In this document: positions 36,464 to 45,744 of the stretch, in pieces
Layout: every line of letters starts with the position of its first letter
Numbering within the stretch: the stretch's first letter is position 1
Virus record (IMG/VR): IMGVR_UViG_3300009146_000001
Span: 12,046-76,045 of that record
Source of the DNA: a virus
DNA length: 64,000 nucleotides
Strand: one strand, 5' to 3'
Notes under the pieces: model-generated
What the model was told of the DNA's origin: nothing
Databases searched by the model: none
The model's input: only the letters and a program-made list of their open reading frames with translations
Made by a program: the position numbers and the translations under genes

Positions 36464-37858
36464 ATGGATAACACAACACCGGCTGTCTTGCGAAAGGCAG
36501 TCAACCAGATCTTCCTCAAGGCAATCTGGGTCACGGAGATCGGCTTCGAACGCTGCGTCTTCATCGAGATGCCGGAACTCATGGCCTCGAACGGGCAAGG
36601 CACGATGGCGACGGACGGAAGGGTAGTCTACTACCACCCGTCCTGCCTCAGGTGGCAGCCTGCGTTCATCGAAGGCGTGATCGTGCATGAGTGGCTTCAC
36701 GGTGCACTGATGCATCCGGAGAGGTTCGCGGTGCTCCCGGAGAAGAACCACAAGGTGGCCAACATCGCGATGGACGCCATCGTCAACGCGATGTGCATCG
36801 AGTGGGGATTCAAGCTGCCGGAAGGTGCCATCGACATGCCCGAGGGGCGGACGCATACGTTCGAGCAACTCTACGCCAAGCTCATGGGCAAGCAGAAGCA
36901 GCAGCCGGAGCCGCAGCGTGGCAAGGGCAAGGGCGGCGACCAGCAGGGTGAATCCGAGGGCGATCAGGGTGGAGACTCTGACGGGGATGGTGAGGGCGAG
37001 GGCTCCGGGTCAGGAGATCAGGAGGATTCCGATCAGGATCGGGAGGGCGATGGCGGAGGTGGCGACGAGGAGAAGGACGGGGACGGGGATAAGGAAGGCA
37101 AGGGCAAATCCGGTAACGGAAAATCCGCTAAGGATGCAAAGCCCGAGCCCGCCAAGGGTCCGCCCAAGCCGACGCTCGGCGAGAGGGACATCCACAAGGC
37201 TCCGTCTCGTGGATCCCAAGCCGAGGACAAGACAGCGGAGGAGCGGGCCAATGCCGCCATCGTCCGTGCCGTGGCCACAGCCAAGGCGCATGGCAAGGAT
37301 CCGCTCGGGCTCGGCCTCGCCGTCGCAGGCTGGGGAGAGTCGAAGGTATCATGGCGCGAGCAGCTTGCTGCCTACGCCACGCAGCGGACCAACGAGGACT
37401 GGTCTTACATGAAGGCCAACGGTTCCTACGCTGCCATGAACGTGATCGTTCCGGGCAGGTACAGCAAAACAATCGGGGACGTGATCGTCGTCCGCGATAC
37501 ATCGGGCTCGCTCTATTCGAGGCAGAAGGAAGTCATGACCGAGGTGGCCGGGATCATCACCCAGTGCACGCCAACCCGGATCATCCTCATCGACTGCGAT
37601 GCAGAGGTGCACCGCGTCCTCGAACTCGAACCGTGGCAGCCCTTGCCCACGGATGCACTCGGCGGAGGCGGGACGGATTTCCGTCCGGTCTTCGAGGAGG
37701 TGGCCAAGCGTTATCCAGACGTGGGCCTGATGGTATTCATCACGGACCTCATGGGTTCGTTCCCGGATCAGGCTCCGCCCTACCCGGTGATCTGGTGCGG
37801 CATCGAGAACGGCAATCTCAAGCCGCCGTTCGGTGACTTCGTGGAAGTCGCAGACTAA
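36464..37858 (+). CDS. DUF2201-like metallopeptidase plus VWA domain protein
   Basis: TMATDG, HEWLH, NIAMDAIVN, acidic Gly linker, MIDAS DTSGS, GGGGTDFRPVF, FITDLMG. Confidence 0.9.
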   Translation: MDNTTPAVLRKAVNQIFLKAIWVTEIGFERCVFIEMPELMASNGQGTMATDGRVVYYHPSCLRWQPAFIEGVIVHEWLHGALMHPERFAVLPEKNHKVANIAMDAIVNAMCIEWGFKLPEGAIDMPEGRTHTFEQLYAKLMGKQKQQPEPQRGKGKGGDQQGESEGDQGGDSDGDGEGEGSGSGDQEDSDQDREGDGGGGDEEKDGDGDKEGKGKSGNGKSAKDAKPEPAKGPPKPTLGERDIHKAPSRGSQAEDKTAEERANAAIVRAVATAKAHGKDPLGLGLAVAGWGESKVSWREQLAAYATQRTNEDWSYMKANGSYAAMNVIVPGRYSKTIGDVIVVRDTSGSLYSRQKEVMTEVAGIITQCTPTRIILIDCDAEVHRVLELEPWQPLPTDALGGGGTDFRPVFEEVAKRYPDVGLMVFITDLMGSFPDQAPPYPVIWCGIENGNLKPPFGDFVEVAD

Positions 37859-38048
37859 GCGGAAATTCCGCTAGTGGATAAGCCCGAGGGGCGGGCAGCG
37901 GTGTCTGCCCTTCAGGCTTAGCTACTTCCCATCATACCCGGTTGTCTCCGGGGAGGTGGGCTTCTGTCAGGTGGTTGTGTCCGAGGGGAGGGCAGGTGTC
38001 CTCCCCTCTGACGTGTCCAAATGAATGGACCGAAACAAATGAGAAGCG

Positions 38049-38453
38049 ATGAACAAATATGACAAGGCGATAGAGACCTATCGTAAATTGCAGGAGCTTC
38101 ACGCCAAGCGCGATGAACTCTTCCGGGAGTTGGGCTTCTGCCTTGAATGGGCACGGGCTCTCGATCTGCTGGCGCTCAAGCCAGAGCACGCATCGGGTAT
38201 TCACCGGGCGCAGGACATGGCGAGCGTGGACGCGAACTCGCTGCCGCATGGCAGCGCACGATTCGTTTGGCAGAGGTACAAACTCAGGTATCCCAACGCT
38301 GTGGTTGGGGCGCACCTCAAGAGTGGTGGGATCGTCATCTTCCTCAACCCGATACCGGCGCGCTCCGGACTCGGGGCCGGGCAAGGGGTGCCTACCTACG
38401 CAGAGTTCAGTGAGAAATTAAAACAACAACAAGAAAGGAATAGTCATGGCTAA
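38049..38453 (+). CDS. Hypothetical protein
   Basis: 134-aa ORF in the plus-strand operon. Confidence 0.55.
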   Translation: MNKYDKAIETYRKLQELHAKRDELFRELGFCLEWARALDLLALKPEHASGIHRAQDMASVDANSLPHGSARFVWQRYKLRYPNAVVGAHLKSGGIVIFLNPIPARSGLGAGQGVPTYAEFSEKLKQQQERNSHG

Positions 38454-38703
38454 CTGTATTGCAAAGTGCTGCGGCATCGACAGCTCGCGGCGAAAGGAAG
38501 AACACCGGCTCGGCAGCGAGGCTGCACTGGTCGAGGCGAACACATGGCACACGTCCGCCGTCGCCTACGTGAAGAAGGACGGGAGCGGCCACGTCAATGT
38601 GACGCAGAACGGGAAGGAGATCCTTGGCTTCACGTTCGGGCCGGAGACCGTGCCGCATAAACCGGACGAGGACGACGACATCGAGCAGGAGGAAACCAAG
38701 TGA
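38446..38703 (+). CDS. Hypothetical protein
   Basis: AGGA RBS, 85 aa. Confidence 0.65.
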   Translation: MANCIAKCCGIDSSRRKEEHRLGSEAALVEANTWHTSAVAYVKKDGSGHVNVTQNGKEILGFTFGPETVPHKPDEDDDIEQEETK

Positions 38704-38906
38704 ACGAGATCACACTACATCTCCAGCCCGGAGAGATCCAGACCCTCATCGGATTGGTGCGGGTCGAAGCCGCCAAGTGGCGGGGCAGGATCTGGCGACA
38801 CCCGGACAGGAACACGAGCGGCCCGCCTGCCGGGTGGCAGGAGCACGTCGATCAACTCGACGCACTGAACGACCGGCTCGTGACACAGCTAACACTTAGC
38901 ACTTGA
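38700..38906 (+). CDS. Hypothetical protein
   Basis: GGAGG RBS, GTGA overlap. Confidence 0.6.
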   Translation: MNEITLHLQPGEIQTLIGLVRVEAAKWRGRIWRHPDRNTSGPPAGWQEHVDQLDALNDRLVTQLTLST

Positions 38907-39028
38907 CAATCTAGGGGTGGGTTGGACTATCGTGACCACGGTTCACGCCGTGGGTTCACGTCTACGCTAACGGAATTTCCGCTAGTGCAGACCTGAACCT
39001 TAACACACAACTGACAGGAGTAGTTATT

Positions 39029-39667
39029 ATGGGACGACGAAGAAGAAGGAAGCTGCTGTTCATCGACACGAATGCCTACCCAACGGCGACGCCGACGAAC
39101 ACGCTGGCCGGGATACAACGACGGGTATGGTGGAGCTACGCTGCCTACTTCAGGAAGTGGCCACGCGATCTGATCTGCTCGAACCCCGCCACACTGATGG
39201 GGAAGAACCCATTCGGCACGAACCCCGGATGGGCGGAGAGAAGCGATGACGTCCAGCGAGACCTCACCTGTCTCTACATGGACTACCTCGAAGCGCGGGA
39301 CAACCCACGCTGGACCGAAGGGGTGGATGAATCCGTCCGGTCCGATCTGCCGTGCCGGGTCATGAACTGGCGGCGTACCGACCTCGAACTGCCGCCATGC
39401 ATGGGCATCCTCTGGGGCTGGGGAACCCGGATGGCCACGGTCATGGCCGCACTGCGCAAGACAGGCATCCAGTATTACAAGGCACCAGCCTCCGTGAACT
39501 GGCTGCACTTCGTGGTGGATGGGCTGAACAAGCACACCATGAACTTCAGGAAGTCGACGACGGTCATCGTCTTCCCGTTATACAAGACGCGGGAAGTGGA
39601 GATTGCACTGACCACCTACTTCCCGTGGAAGGACATCGGGGAAGGGCAGCCGGACTACTTCGAATAA
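39029..39667 (+). CDS. Hypothetical protein (paralog A)
   Basis: Follows a leader cassette; similar to the next ORF. Confidence 0.65.
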   Translation: MGRRRRRKLLFIDTNAYPTATPTNTLAGIQRRVWWSYAAYFRKWPRDLICSNPATLMGKNPFGTNPGWAERSDDVQRDLTCLYMDYLEARDNPRWTEGVDESVRSDLPCRVMNWRRTDLELPPCMGILWGWGTRMATVMAALRKTGIQYYKAPASVNWLHFVVDGLNKHTMNFRKSTTVIVFPLYKTREVEIALTTYFPWKDIGEGQPDYFE

Positions 39668-39668
39668 C

Positions 39669-40229
39669 ATGAGCACGAAGTATTCAGCGGCGGGCATCCG
39701 TAAGTTGGTATGGAAGAAGTTCTACATACTCTACGGATGCCTGCCCGGCTATACGCGGCACGACAAATGGACCGAGCCGTATCCCGATAATGCATTCCTG
39801 ACCGATGAGGCTATGCAGAAGAAGCTCGTCGAGATCTACATGCATCACACGCTCATCACCTCAGAGGGCAGGCCGCACATCTGGGACGAGCGCAACGACG
39901 AGTGGTCCTTGAGGGAAACCCTCACCATCGGGGGCCTTTACGAACACTCGGAGCGGGTATGGAAAGCGATGCAGAGCGAGGGCCTCGCGGCCGATTGGCC
40001 TGAGCACTTGGTCGCCCGCCGGATCCGGTACATCACGCATCACAAGCCGCACGGACTCAACCTGCGCAGCGTCCGCACTACGCCACGTGGTGGGAAGGTG
40101 CCGACCCGCCGGATATTCCTGCCGTACCTGCCGTACAAACCCTACCAAGTGGAGAATCTGTTAGCGCGGATGCTCCCGCTCCTGTCCACCAACCTCGATC
40201 CCAACAAGATCAATGAGCCAGCCGAATAA
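39669..40229 (+). CDS. Hypothetical protein (paralog B)
   Basis: Shares AGI..VW, Q..L..YM and YK..VE..L...P with paralog A. Confidence 0.65.
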   Translation: MSTKYSAAGIRKLVWKKFYILYGCLPGYTRHDKWTEPYPDNAFLTDEAMQKKLVEIYMHHTLITSEGRPHIWDERNDEWSLRETLTIGGLYEHSERVWKAMQSEGLAADWPEHLVARRIRYITHHKPHGLNLRSVRTTPRGGKVPTRRIFLPYLPYKPYQVENLLARMLPLLSTNLDPNKINEPAE

Positions 40230-41217
40230 GATTCATGAACTCATGGGCAACAGCGTTGCCTTGGAGATTCTCAAGCAACTCGCGCCGGAAACTAAGGAGA
40301 CTTTCCGGATCAAGCGGTATCTCCCGGTGCCGGGATACCTCTCGCCCAACGTGGTCACGACCAACCTCGTGACCAATACACTTATCTCCCTGAGCCAAGG
40401 GCCGGAGACGATGGACGGGTCAGCCGCAGCACTGGCAGCGATGACGTGCTGGCAGACCGCGCACTTCTGGCCGATGTACGCGGTGACGCAGGAGCTGACC
40501 GAAGCCATGCTCCAGACCGAGCCACCGGACGACGTGGTATGGAAGGATCTGTCGTGGCCCATCCCGGCCGCGACCTTCCTCCTGCCGGATACCAAGGAGG
40601 TGCGTGAGCATTTCCTAACCTCGGCACCGCTGGCGATTTCAGCGGGCCGGGTCAGCACCGCGCCGGTGAACCTCACCAAGGACGCGAGGCACCTGATGGA
40701 TCTGATAAGGATGCCGCAGAACGAAACCGAGCGGGACATGATCGTCCTCACCTACTTCGACGACAAGGTGGGGGTGCCGTGTTGCCACGACCTGACCGTG
40801 AAACCGACGTGGACCTTGGCGGAATCCACAATGATGGCGCACGACCGCAAGACGCAGCATCCCTATCAGTACCCGGTCGAGCCGATTGATCTGCAACGGA
40901 TGCGCCGCTGTGCCCAGATGTTGATCAACCTCCTGTCCTTCTGCTCATCGGACTACATGCCGAAGGTGGAAGAGCACGGCCCGATCATCCTCCGAAGAGA
41001 GAAGACAGCCAAGGACGGGAAGGTGAAGCAGGAAGGACTGGCCGGGGTGCGCTGGCTTGGCGTGGGCTACGTCCGCAAGCGCACTACCTTGGGCGGTCAT
41101 CACGCCAGTCCGGAGGATCCGTTCTGGCGCAAGGGCCATCACCGATGGCAGCCCTATGGTCCGGGGCGCACACTCAAGCGGCTCATCTGGATTGAGCCAG
41201 TCCTCTGCTGCGTATGA
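40213..41217 (+). CDS. Conserved phage protein with a C-terminal HWRRGH-type motif
   Basis: HASPEDPFWRKGHHRWQPYGPGR...WIEP. Confidence 0.7.
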   Translation: MSQPNKIHELMGNSVALEILKQLAPETKETFRIKRYLPVPGYLSPNVVTTNLVTNTLISLSQGPETMDGSAAALAAMTCWQTAHFWPMYAVTQELTEAMLQTEPPDDVVWKDLSWPIPAATFLLPDTKEVREHFLTSAPLAISAGRVSTAPVNLTKDARHLMDLIRMPQNETERDMIVLTYFDDKVGVPCCHDLTVKPTWTLAESTMMAHDRKTQHPYQYPVEPIDLQRMRRCAQMLINLLSFCSSDYMPKVEEHGPIILRREKTAKDGKVKQEGLAGVRWLGVGYVRKRTTLGGHHASPEDPFWRKGHHRWQPYGPGRTLKRLIWIEPVLCCV

Positions 41218-41651
41218 CGCACCGACACAAAGCTAACTGGCTTCCTGCCAATACCCTGAGTCGCCTGAGTTTCTATCGGTGGATGACGCCCACCGAGATG
41301 AGGAAATTCCACATCACCATCGGGGGCAACATCGTCGGCCGGTCAACGGACGTGCTCTGCCGGGGAATGAAGTGGCGGGTCATCCGCAGCGACAGCACAC
41401 CCGACAAGGACTTCGTCGCCCACGTGGCGATGATCTCGTGGTTATTGCAACGGCCGCACCGGCAGCAGTTCGGACAAAGCATCAGGATCGTGCAGGTGCC
41501 GAAGGCGGGACGCATGGTCTACCATCCGCTCTTCATGGGCGGGACGCAGAAGGGCAGGGAGTTCGACTCGATGGCCGAAGCCATCGGGTGGACGAGTTAC
41601 CTATTGGAACTGGCAAAGAATGAAGCACCTGATATTCAGCACGCTACTTAA
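41214..41651 (+). CDS. Hypothetical protein
   Basis: ATGA-coupled, 145 aa. Confidence 0.55.
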   Translation: MTHRHKANWLPANTLSRLSFYRWMTPTEMRKFHITIGGNIVGRSTDVLCRGMKWRVIRSDSTPDKDFVAHVAMISWLLQRPHRQQFGQSIRIVQVPKAGRMVYHPLFMGGTQKGREFDSMAEAIGWTSYLLELAKNEAPDIQHAT

Positions 41652-41761
41652 CCTCATCACCATCGCCGTGTTTCTCTACGCGATATGGTGGTTCGTCGTC
41701 CTCCTCTTCTCCTTGTGGTGAAGGCGGAGGCATCAACACAAAACCAAACTGACAGTGACAA

Positions 41762-42304
41762 ATGAAACTCGAAGGAATGCTAGGATACATTGAAGCAAGA
41801 AGACGGATGGACATCGAGTGCGAGCGGCCGGGGTACGGCACGCTCTTGGCGGAACACGGGGTGCTCTTCCCCAAGATCGGCAGGCGGCCGAAGGGGATGC
41901 GGAAGATGAAGCTGGGCATGTGCTATCGGAACGCCAGCACCATAACCAACTTCCCTTGGGGTGGCGTCGACCTCCTGTACTGCGAAGGATATTCAGCACG
42001 GGCCAGTCTGGGTATCCCGCTCCTCCATGCGTGGACCTTGAACCCGGTGACCATGGAGGTGATCGACCCGACGTGGGATGACGGTGCCGAATACTACGGC
42101 TGGGTCTACACGCGGGAGATCATCGCCGAGGCAATGGTCGGGACGATGGAGTACGGGATCATCGACTCCGATCATCCGAATGGGTGGGAACGGATCCGCC
42201 GGATGATCACCGGGGAAATCCCGGCCGCGCACTGGCGGCACGAGATCACCGACATGGTGAAGGCACTAACGGAAAAACCGCTAGAGATATGCGAGTCAAC
42301 CTGA
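41762..42304 (+). CDS. Transglutaminase/papain-like Cys-His-Asp protein
   Basis: CYRNA...YCEGY...HAW...IDPTW. Confidence 0.7.
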   Translation: MKLEGMLGYIEARRRMDIECERPGYGTLLAEHGVLFPKIGRRPKGMRKMKLGMCYRNASTITNFPWGGVDLLYCEGYSARASLGIPLLHAWTLNPVTMEVIDPTWDDGAEYYGWVYTREIIAEAMVGTMEYGIIDSDHPNGWERIRRMITGEIPAAHWRHEITDMVKALTEKPLEICEST

Positions 42305-42501
42305 CCAAGAACCAGATCGCCAACGCCAAGGTAGCGTTGGTCTACCGTTCGAACAGCATCCGCGAACGCCTCAATGACCTCAATGATTTCGGGGCATCAG
42401 CCTCGGTCATCCGCAGGGAATACACGCTGCTCAATGATTGCGAGGGCGCTATCGCAGCCTTGGATAAAGCACTGAGCACAGACTCGGACGTCATGCCATG
42501 A
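42289..42501 (+). CDS. Hypothetical protein
   Basis: ATG 4 nt after palindrome copy 42266-42284. Confidence 0.6.
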   Translation: MRVNLTKNQIANAKVALVYRSNSIRERLNDLNDFGASASVIRREYTLLNDCEGAIAALDKALSTDSDVMP

Positions 42502-42725
42502 ACCCGGAGCGACCGAGGACGTGCCCGAGATACAGGGGGCACTGGTGGGTCATCGTCTATCCGGACGGCGACTGCTACCGGGAGTTGATCGACAACGAGG
42601 AGGCCGCAGAGTTCATGCTGCAATGCCTCAGCAAAAGATGCCCCGGTGCGAAGCTGCTTCGGGTCCGCCTGATGTCGGCCGTAAGGCCACCGGGAAAGAT
42701 CAACAAGCCGAAGATGAAACTATGA
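42498..42725 (+). CDS. Hypothetical protein
   Basis: ATGA-coupled. Confidence 0.5.
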   Translation: MNPERPRTCPRYRGHWWVIVYPDGDCYRELIDNEEAAEFMLQCLSKRCPGAKLLRVRLMSAVRPPGKINKPKMKL

Positions 42726-42832
42726 AGCGATGCAGGCACAGATGGAGTGAGTGGATGGTCAGCCAAGGCATTCGCTGGCGGTTCTGTTTCCGGTGCAGGC
42801 GATGCCAAAGAAAAGAATCTGAAGCTTGTACT

Positions 42833-42891
42833 TGACAGTCACAGACGACCGTGTTACGCTGCTCACATGATCAGCGTGGCACGGTTTTTTT
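42833..42891 (+). promoter_or_regulatory. Sigma70-like promoter (TTGACA-17-TACGCT) overlapping a terminator hairpin
   Basis: ACCGTGTTACGCTG/CAGCGTGGCACGGT stem followed by a T-tract. Confidence 0.5.
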
Positions 42892-42917
42892 GTGCCCGGA
42901 TATAACCACTGGAACCT

Positions 42918-43226
42918 ATGGGAATGGATCTTGAACCGGCGCGCCCGACGAAGGACTTGCCGAAGGACACGATGGACGGCAAGCCCTACTGGCAGCACTA
43001 CAACTGGGCAGGCTGGTCGTTCCTCTTGGATCACCTTGAGAAATGGGGCGTGAGCATGGATGGATTCTCCGGGGTCAACGACGGCATCCTCATCCGGGCT
43101 GAGAAGTGCAGGGAGGTAGCCGACGCAATCGAGAAGCACCTGCCCGAGCTGAGCGAACGCCATCAGGAATGGCTGCAACCCCACATCATCTTCTGGAGAA
43201 ACTGCGGCGGATGCCGCCAATGGTAA
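42918..43226 (+). CDS. Hypothetical protein
   Basis: 102 aa, MGMDL start. Confidence 0.65.
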   Translation: MGMDLEPARPTKDLPKDTMDGKPYWQHYNWAGWSFLLDHLEKWGVSMDGFSGVNDGILIRAEKCREVADAIEKHLPELSERHQEWLQPHIIFWRNCGGCRQW

Positions 43227-43504
43227 CAATGAAACCCAAGCGCAAGAAGCACGTAACTCTGGACGAGATCTTCAGTGCCATCCCCCAGCCCACACGGCGG
43301 AAGATCGTCGCCCTCCTGAAGGAGCACTACCCGAACAGCTCCGGGGAAATCAACCGCCTGCTCAAGCCGGAGTTAAATTCCGTCGCGGATGAACTGAGGG
43401 AGATCGGACTCGTGCCGGACTATGCGGCCTACCTGATTCCTTACTCGGTCTACATCGCCGCAGGAAGCGCGGACCACATCGACCTTCTGGATAGCACGAC
43501 ATAA
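43220..43504 (+). CDS. Hypothetical protein
   Basis: Coupled ORF. Confidence 0.55.
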   Translation: MVTMKPKRKKHVTLDEIFSAIPQPTRRKIVALLKEHYPNSSGEINRLLKPELNSVADELREIGLVPDYAAYLIPYSVYIAAGSADHIDLLDSTT

Positions 43505-43522
43505 AATCCCAACCAAACTGAT

Positions 43523-43738
43523 ATGGATCTACCTCACTTCGGACCCACTGGAAAATTCCCCGACGGCAAGCTTGACCCGAGCGACGAAGGTGAACTCGCC
43601 ATCGGCATCGCGACCGACAAGAAGAACGGCGTCATCCGCATTCACTTCGGCAAGCCGATAGCGTGGTTCGCGCTCAAGAAGGATGAGGCCATGCGCCTCT
43701 CCAAGTGGATCGCCGAACGCGCCGAGGATCTGCCATGA
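43523..43738 (+). CDS. Conserved small phage protein
   Basis: GPTGKFPDGKL...DEGEL...FGKPIAW. Confidence 0.7.
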   Translation: MDLPHFGPTGKFPDGKLDPSDEGELAIGIATDKKNGVIRIHFGKPIAWFALKKDEAMRLSKWIAERAEDLP

Positions 43739-43899
43739 AAGACTACGTCATCGGCATCCTCATAGGCACCGCGATATTCCTGCTCATCATACTCATCCCG
43801 TCCCCGGCGGAGGCGCGCAAGGACGAGATGAACCTGCAACTACGCCGCATCGCGGATGCCCTTGAAGTCATCGTCGCCGAGACGAAGAGGAACCAATGA
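43735..43899 (+). CDS. Small membrane protein
   Basis: N-terminal TM helix; LRRIADALE. Confidence 0.55.
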   Translation: MKDYVIGILIGTAIFLLIILIPSPAEARKDEMNLQLRRIADALEVIVAETKRNQ

Positions 43900-44008
43900 A
43901 AAATCCGCGCTGGTTCACCATCGGCGAGAAGATCATCCACTCGCTGATGTGGATCACCATCGCCGCCCTTATCTTCGTCGCTATCAAAGTTGTTTTTAAT
44001 CTGTAACC

Positions 44009-44332
44009 ATGCAACGACCAACAATCCAAGCTGAGGGTGTGGTGTATATGGCACCGCAACTCAGGGACTTTCCCGGTCAGGAACCCTACGTCGAATTCGT
44101 TCTGGAGCTGGAGCCACGGACCAACAGCTTGGGCAGGGAATACCGTGAGCGAGTCTACGTCCGCCTCTTCGGGATACGCGGGATGAATGCGCTCGTCGAG
44201 ATCAAGCTGGGCAACTACGTCAGCGTCGCCGGGGAAGCGGACAAGAAGATGTTCACCGCACCGGACGGCCGCAACTTCGCCAACCTCGTCGTCATCACCA
44301 ACGGCTACAAGGTTCTCTTCCGCCCGACATGA
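44009..44332 (+). CDS. OB-fold SSB-like protein
   Basis: PQLRDF...VRLFG...KLGNYVSVAGE. Confidence 0.65.
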   Translation: MQRPTIQAEGVVYMAPQLRDFPGQEPYVEFVLELEPRTNSLGREYRERVYVRLFGIRGMNALVEIKLGNYVSVAGEADKKMFTAPDGRNFANLVVITNGYKVLFRPT

Positions 44333-45708
44333 CAACCCCACATCCCGCCTACGCCCGGCTCGAAACCCTGCGGCCCAAGCTTCTGCCTTGGCAGCCGGAG
44401 GCGTGCGAGAAACTGATCGGGTCCATCCTCCGCCATGGCTCTGCCCTCGATAGCTCCGACACCGGGGTGGGCAAGACCGCGCACGCGATTGCCTGCGGCT
44501 ACGCCCTCGGCATGCCGTTGGCCATCGTCTGCTCGAAGTGGGCCAAGCCGCAGTGGAAGTACATGGCATGGATGCTCGGCAATACGAACATCGCCGGGGT
44601 CCATCACTGGGAGGAGGTGCGGCTGGGCAAGACGCCCTTCGGCAACTGGGTCAACCCGGATGCCAAGGAGAACTTCCAGTGGAAGCTGCCGCCCCATTCC
44701 CTCGTGGTCTTCGACGAGGTTCACAAGGCCGGGGGATTCAAGACGCAGAACTCGTGGATCATGATATCGGCCAAGCGCAACGGCCACTCCGTCCTCGGGC
44801 TGTCCGCCACGGTAGCGGATACGCCGCTAAGGATGTTCGCCCTGAGCTACGTGCTCGGGCTTGTACCAACGACTCGTGCCTACTGGCCGTGGCTCATGTG
44901 CAACGGGTGCCAGCGCAACCAGTGGAACGGGATGGAGTTCAGGGATCCATCGGGGCGGCACACGGCACGGATCCACGACATGATCTTCAAGGCGGGCAGA
45001 GGGGTGCGGGTGAAGAAGGATGAGATCCCCGGTTTCCCGGACATCCTCATCGACGTCGAGACGATGGACTGCTCCGACGCCACGGAGGAAATCGCCAAGG
45101 CGTACAAGGAAATCGAGGAAGCCTTGGGTGAGTACACGGCCAAGATCATCTCCGCCACGAGTGCGGCCGAGATCGTGATCCGGATGCGCCAGAAGATCGA
45201 GCTGCTCAAGATCCCGGCCACGGTCAGCATGGTCGAGGACATCGAGGATGACGGAGGTGCGGCCGTCATCTTCGTCAACTACCGGGAGACGGCGATCAAG
45301 CTATGGTCGGCACTCAACTTCAGCTCGAAGGGCGAGGTTGGTCTCATGATCGGAGGGATGAAGGAGTCGGATATCCAGAAGCACATCCAAGCCTTTCAGG
45401 ATCAGGCGACCCACCGGCTCGTCGCCACCTACGGGTGCGGCTCGGAGTCCATCAACCTTCAAGACCTGACCGGGCAACGGCCGCGCACGGAGTTACTCTT
45501 CCCGACGCACTCGTCGCGCCAGATCAGGCAGGCGCAAGGGAGGATCCACCGGGCTGGCGGCAAGAGCTTGGCCAACGTGCGCTTCGTCTTCGCGGCCGAC
45601 ACCATCGAGGAACACCTGATGCGGACGATCCGGGACAAACTCCTGCGCCTCGACACGCTTCAGGACGGCGTCGCTTTGCCGATGCCCCTTCCTCCGGAGA
45701 TAGAGTAG
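44329..45708 (+). CDS. Superfamily 2 (SNF2-like) helicase
   Basis: LLPWQ, TGVGKT, DEVH, SAT, ESINL, QAQGRIHR. Confidence 0.9.
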   Translation: MTTPHPAYARLETLRPKLLPWQPEACEKLIGSILRHGSALDSSDTGVGKTAHAIACGYALGMPLAIVCSKWAKPQWKYMAWMLGNTNIAGVHHWEEVRLGKTPFGNWVNPDAKENFQWKLPPHSLVVFDEVHKAGGFKTQNSWIMISAKRNGHSVLGLSATVADTPLRMFALSYVLGLVPTTRAYWPWLMCNGCQRNQWNGMEFRDPSGRHTARIHDMIFKAGRGVRVKKDEIPGFPDILIDVETMDCSDATEEIAKAYKEIEEALGEYTAKIISATSAAEIVIRMRQKIELLKIPATVSMVEDIEDDGGAAVIFVNYRETAIKLWSALNFSSKGEVGLMIGGMKESDIQKHIQAFQDQATHRLVATYGCGSESINLQDLTGQRPRTELLFPTHSSRQIRQAQGRIHRAGGKSLANVRFVFAADTIEEHLMRTIRDKLLRLDTLQDGVALPMPLPPEIE

Positions 45709-45744
45709 AATGATTTACCGGCATGCTCGCTGCCCCACTGCCGC

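Larger units (their letters stand above)
32142..39020 (+). promoter_or_regulatory. Six leader cassettes with (C/G)TAGGGGTGRSTT boxes at 32189, 33178, 34103, 35098, 36343 and 38911, each paired with a hairpin and the 19-bp palindrome
   Basis: Direct alignment of the intergenic segments (see findings). Confidence 0.85.

Noticed and set aside
32142-39020. CRISPR array interpretation of the recurring palindrome
   Set aside because: Copies are 0.4-1.2 kb apart with whole genes between them. The only Cas-like gene is a stand-alone Cas4/RecB-type nuclease in a recombination context.
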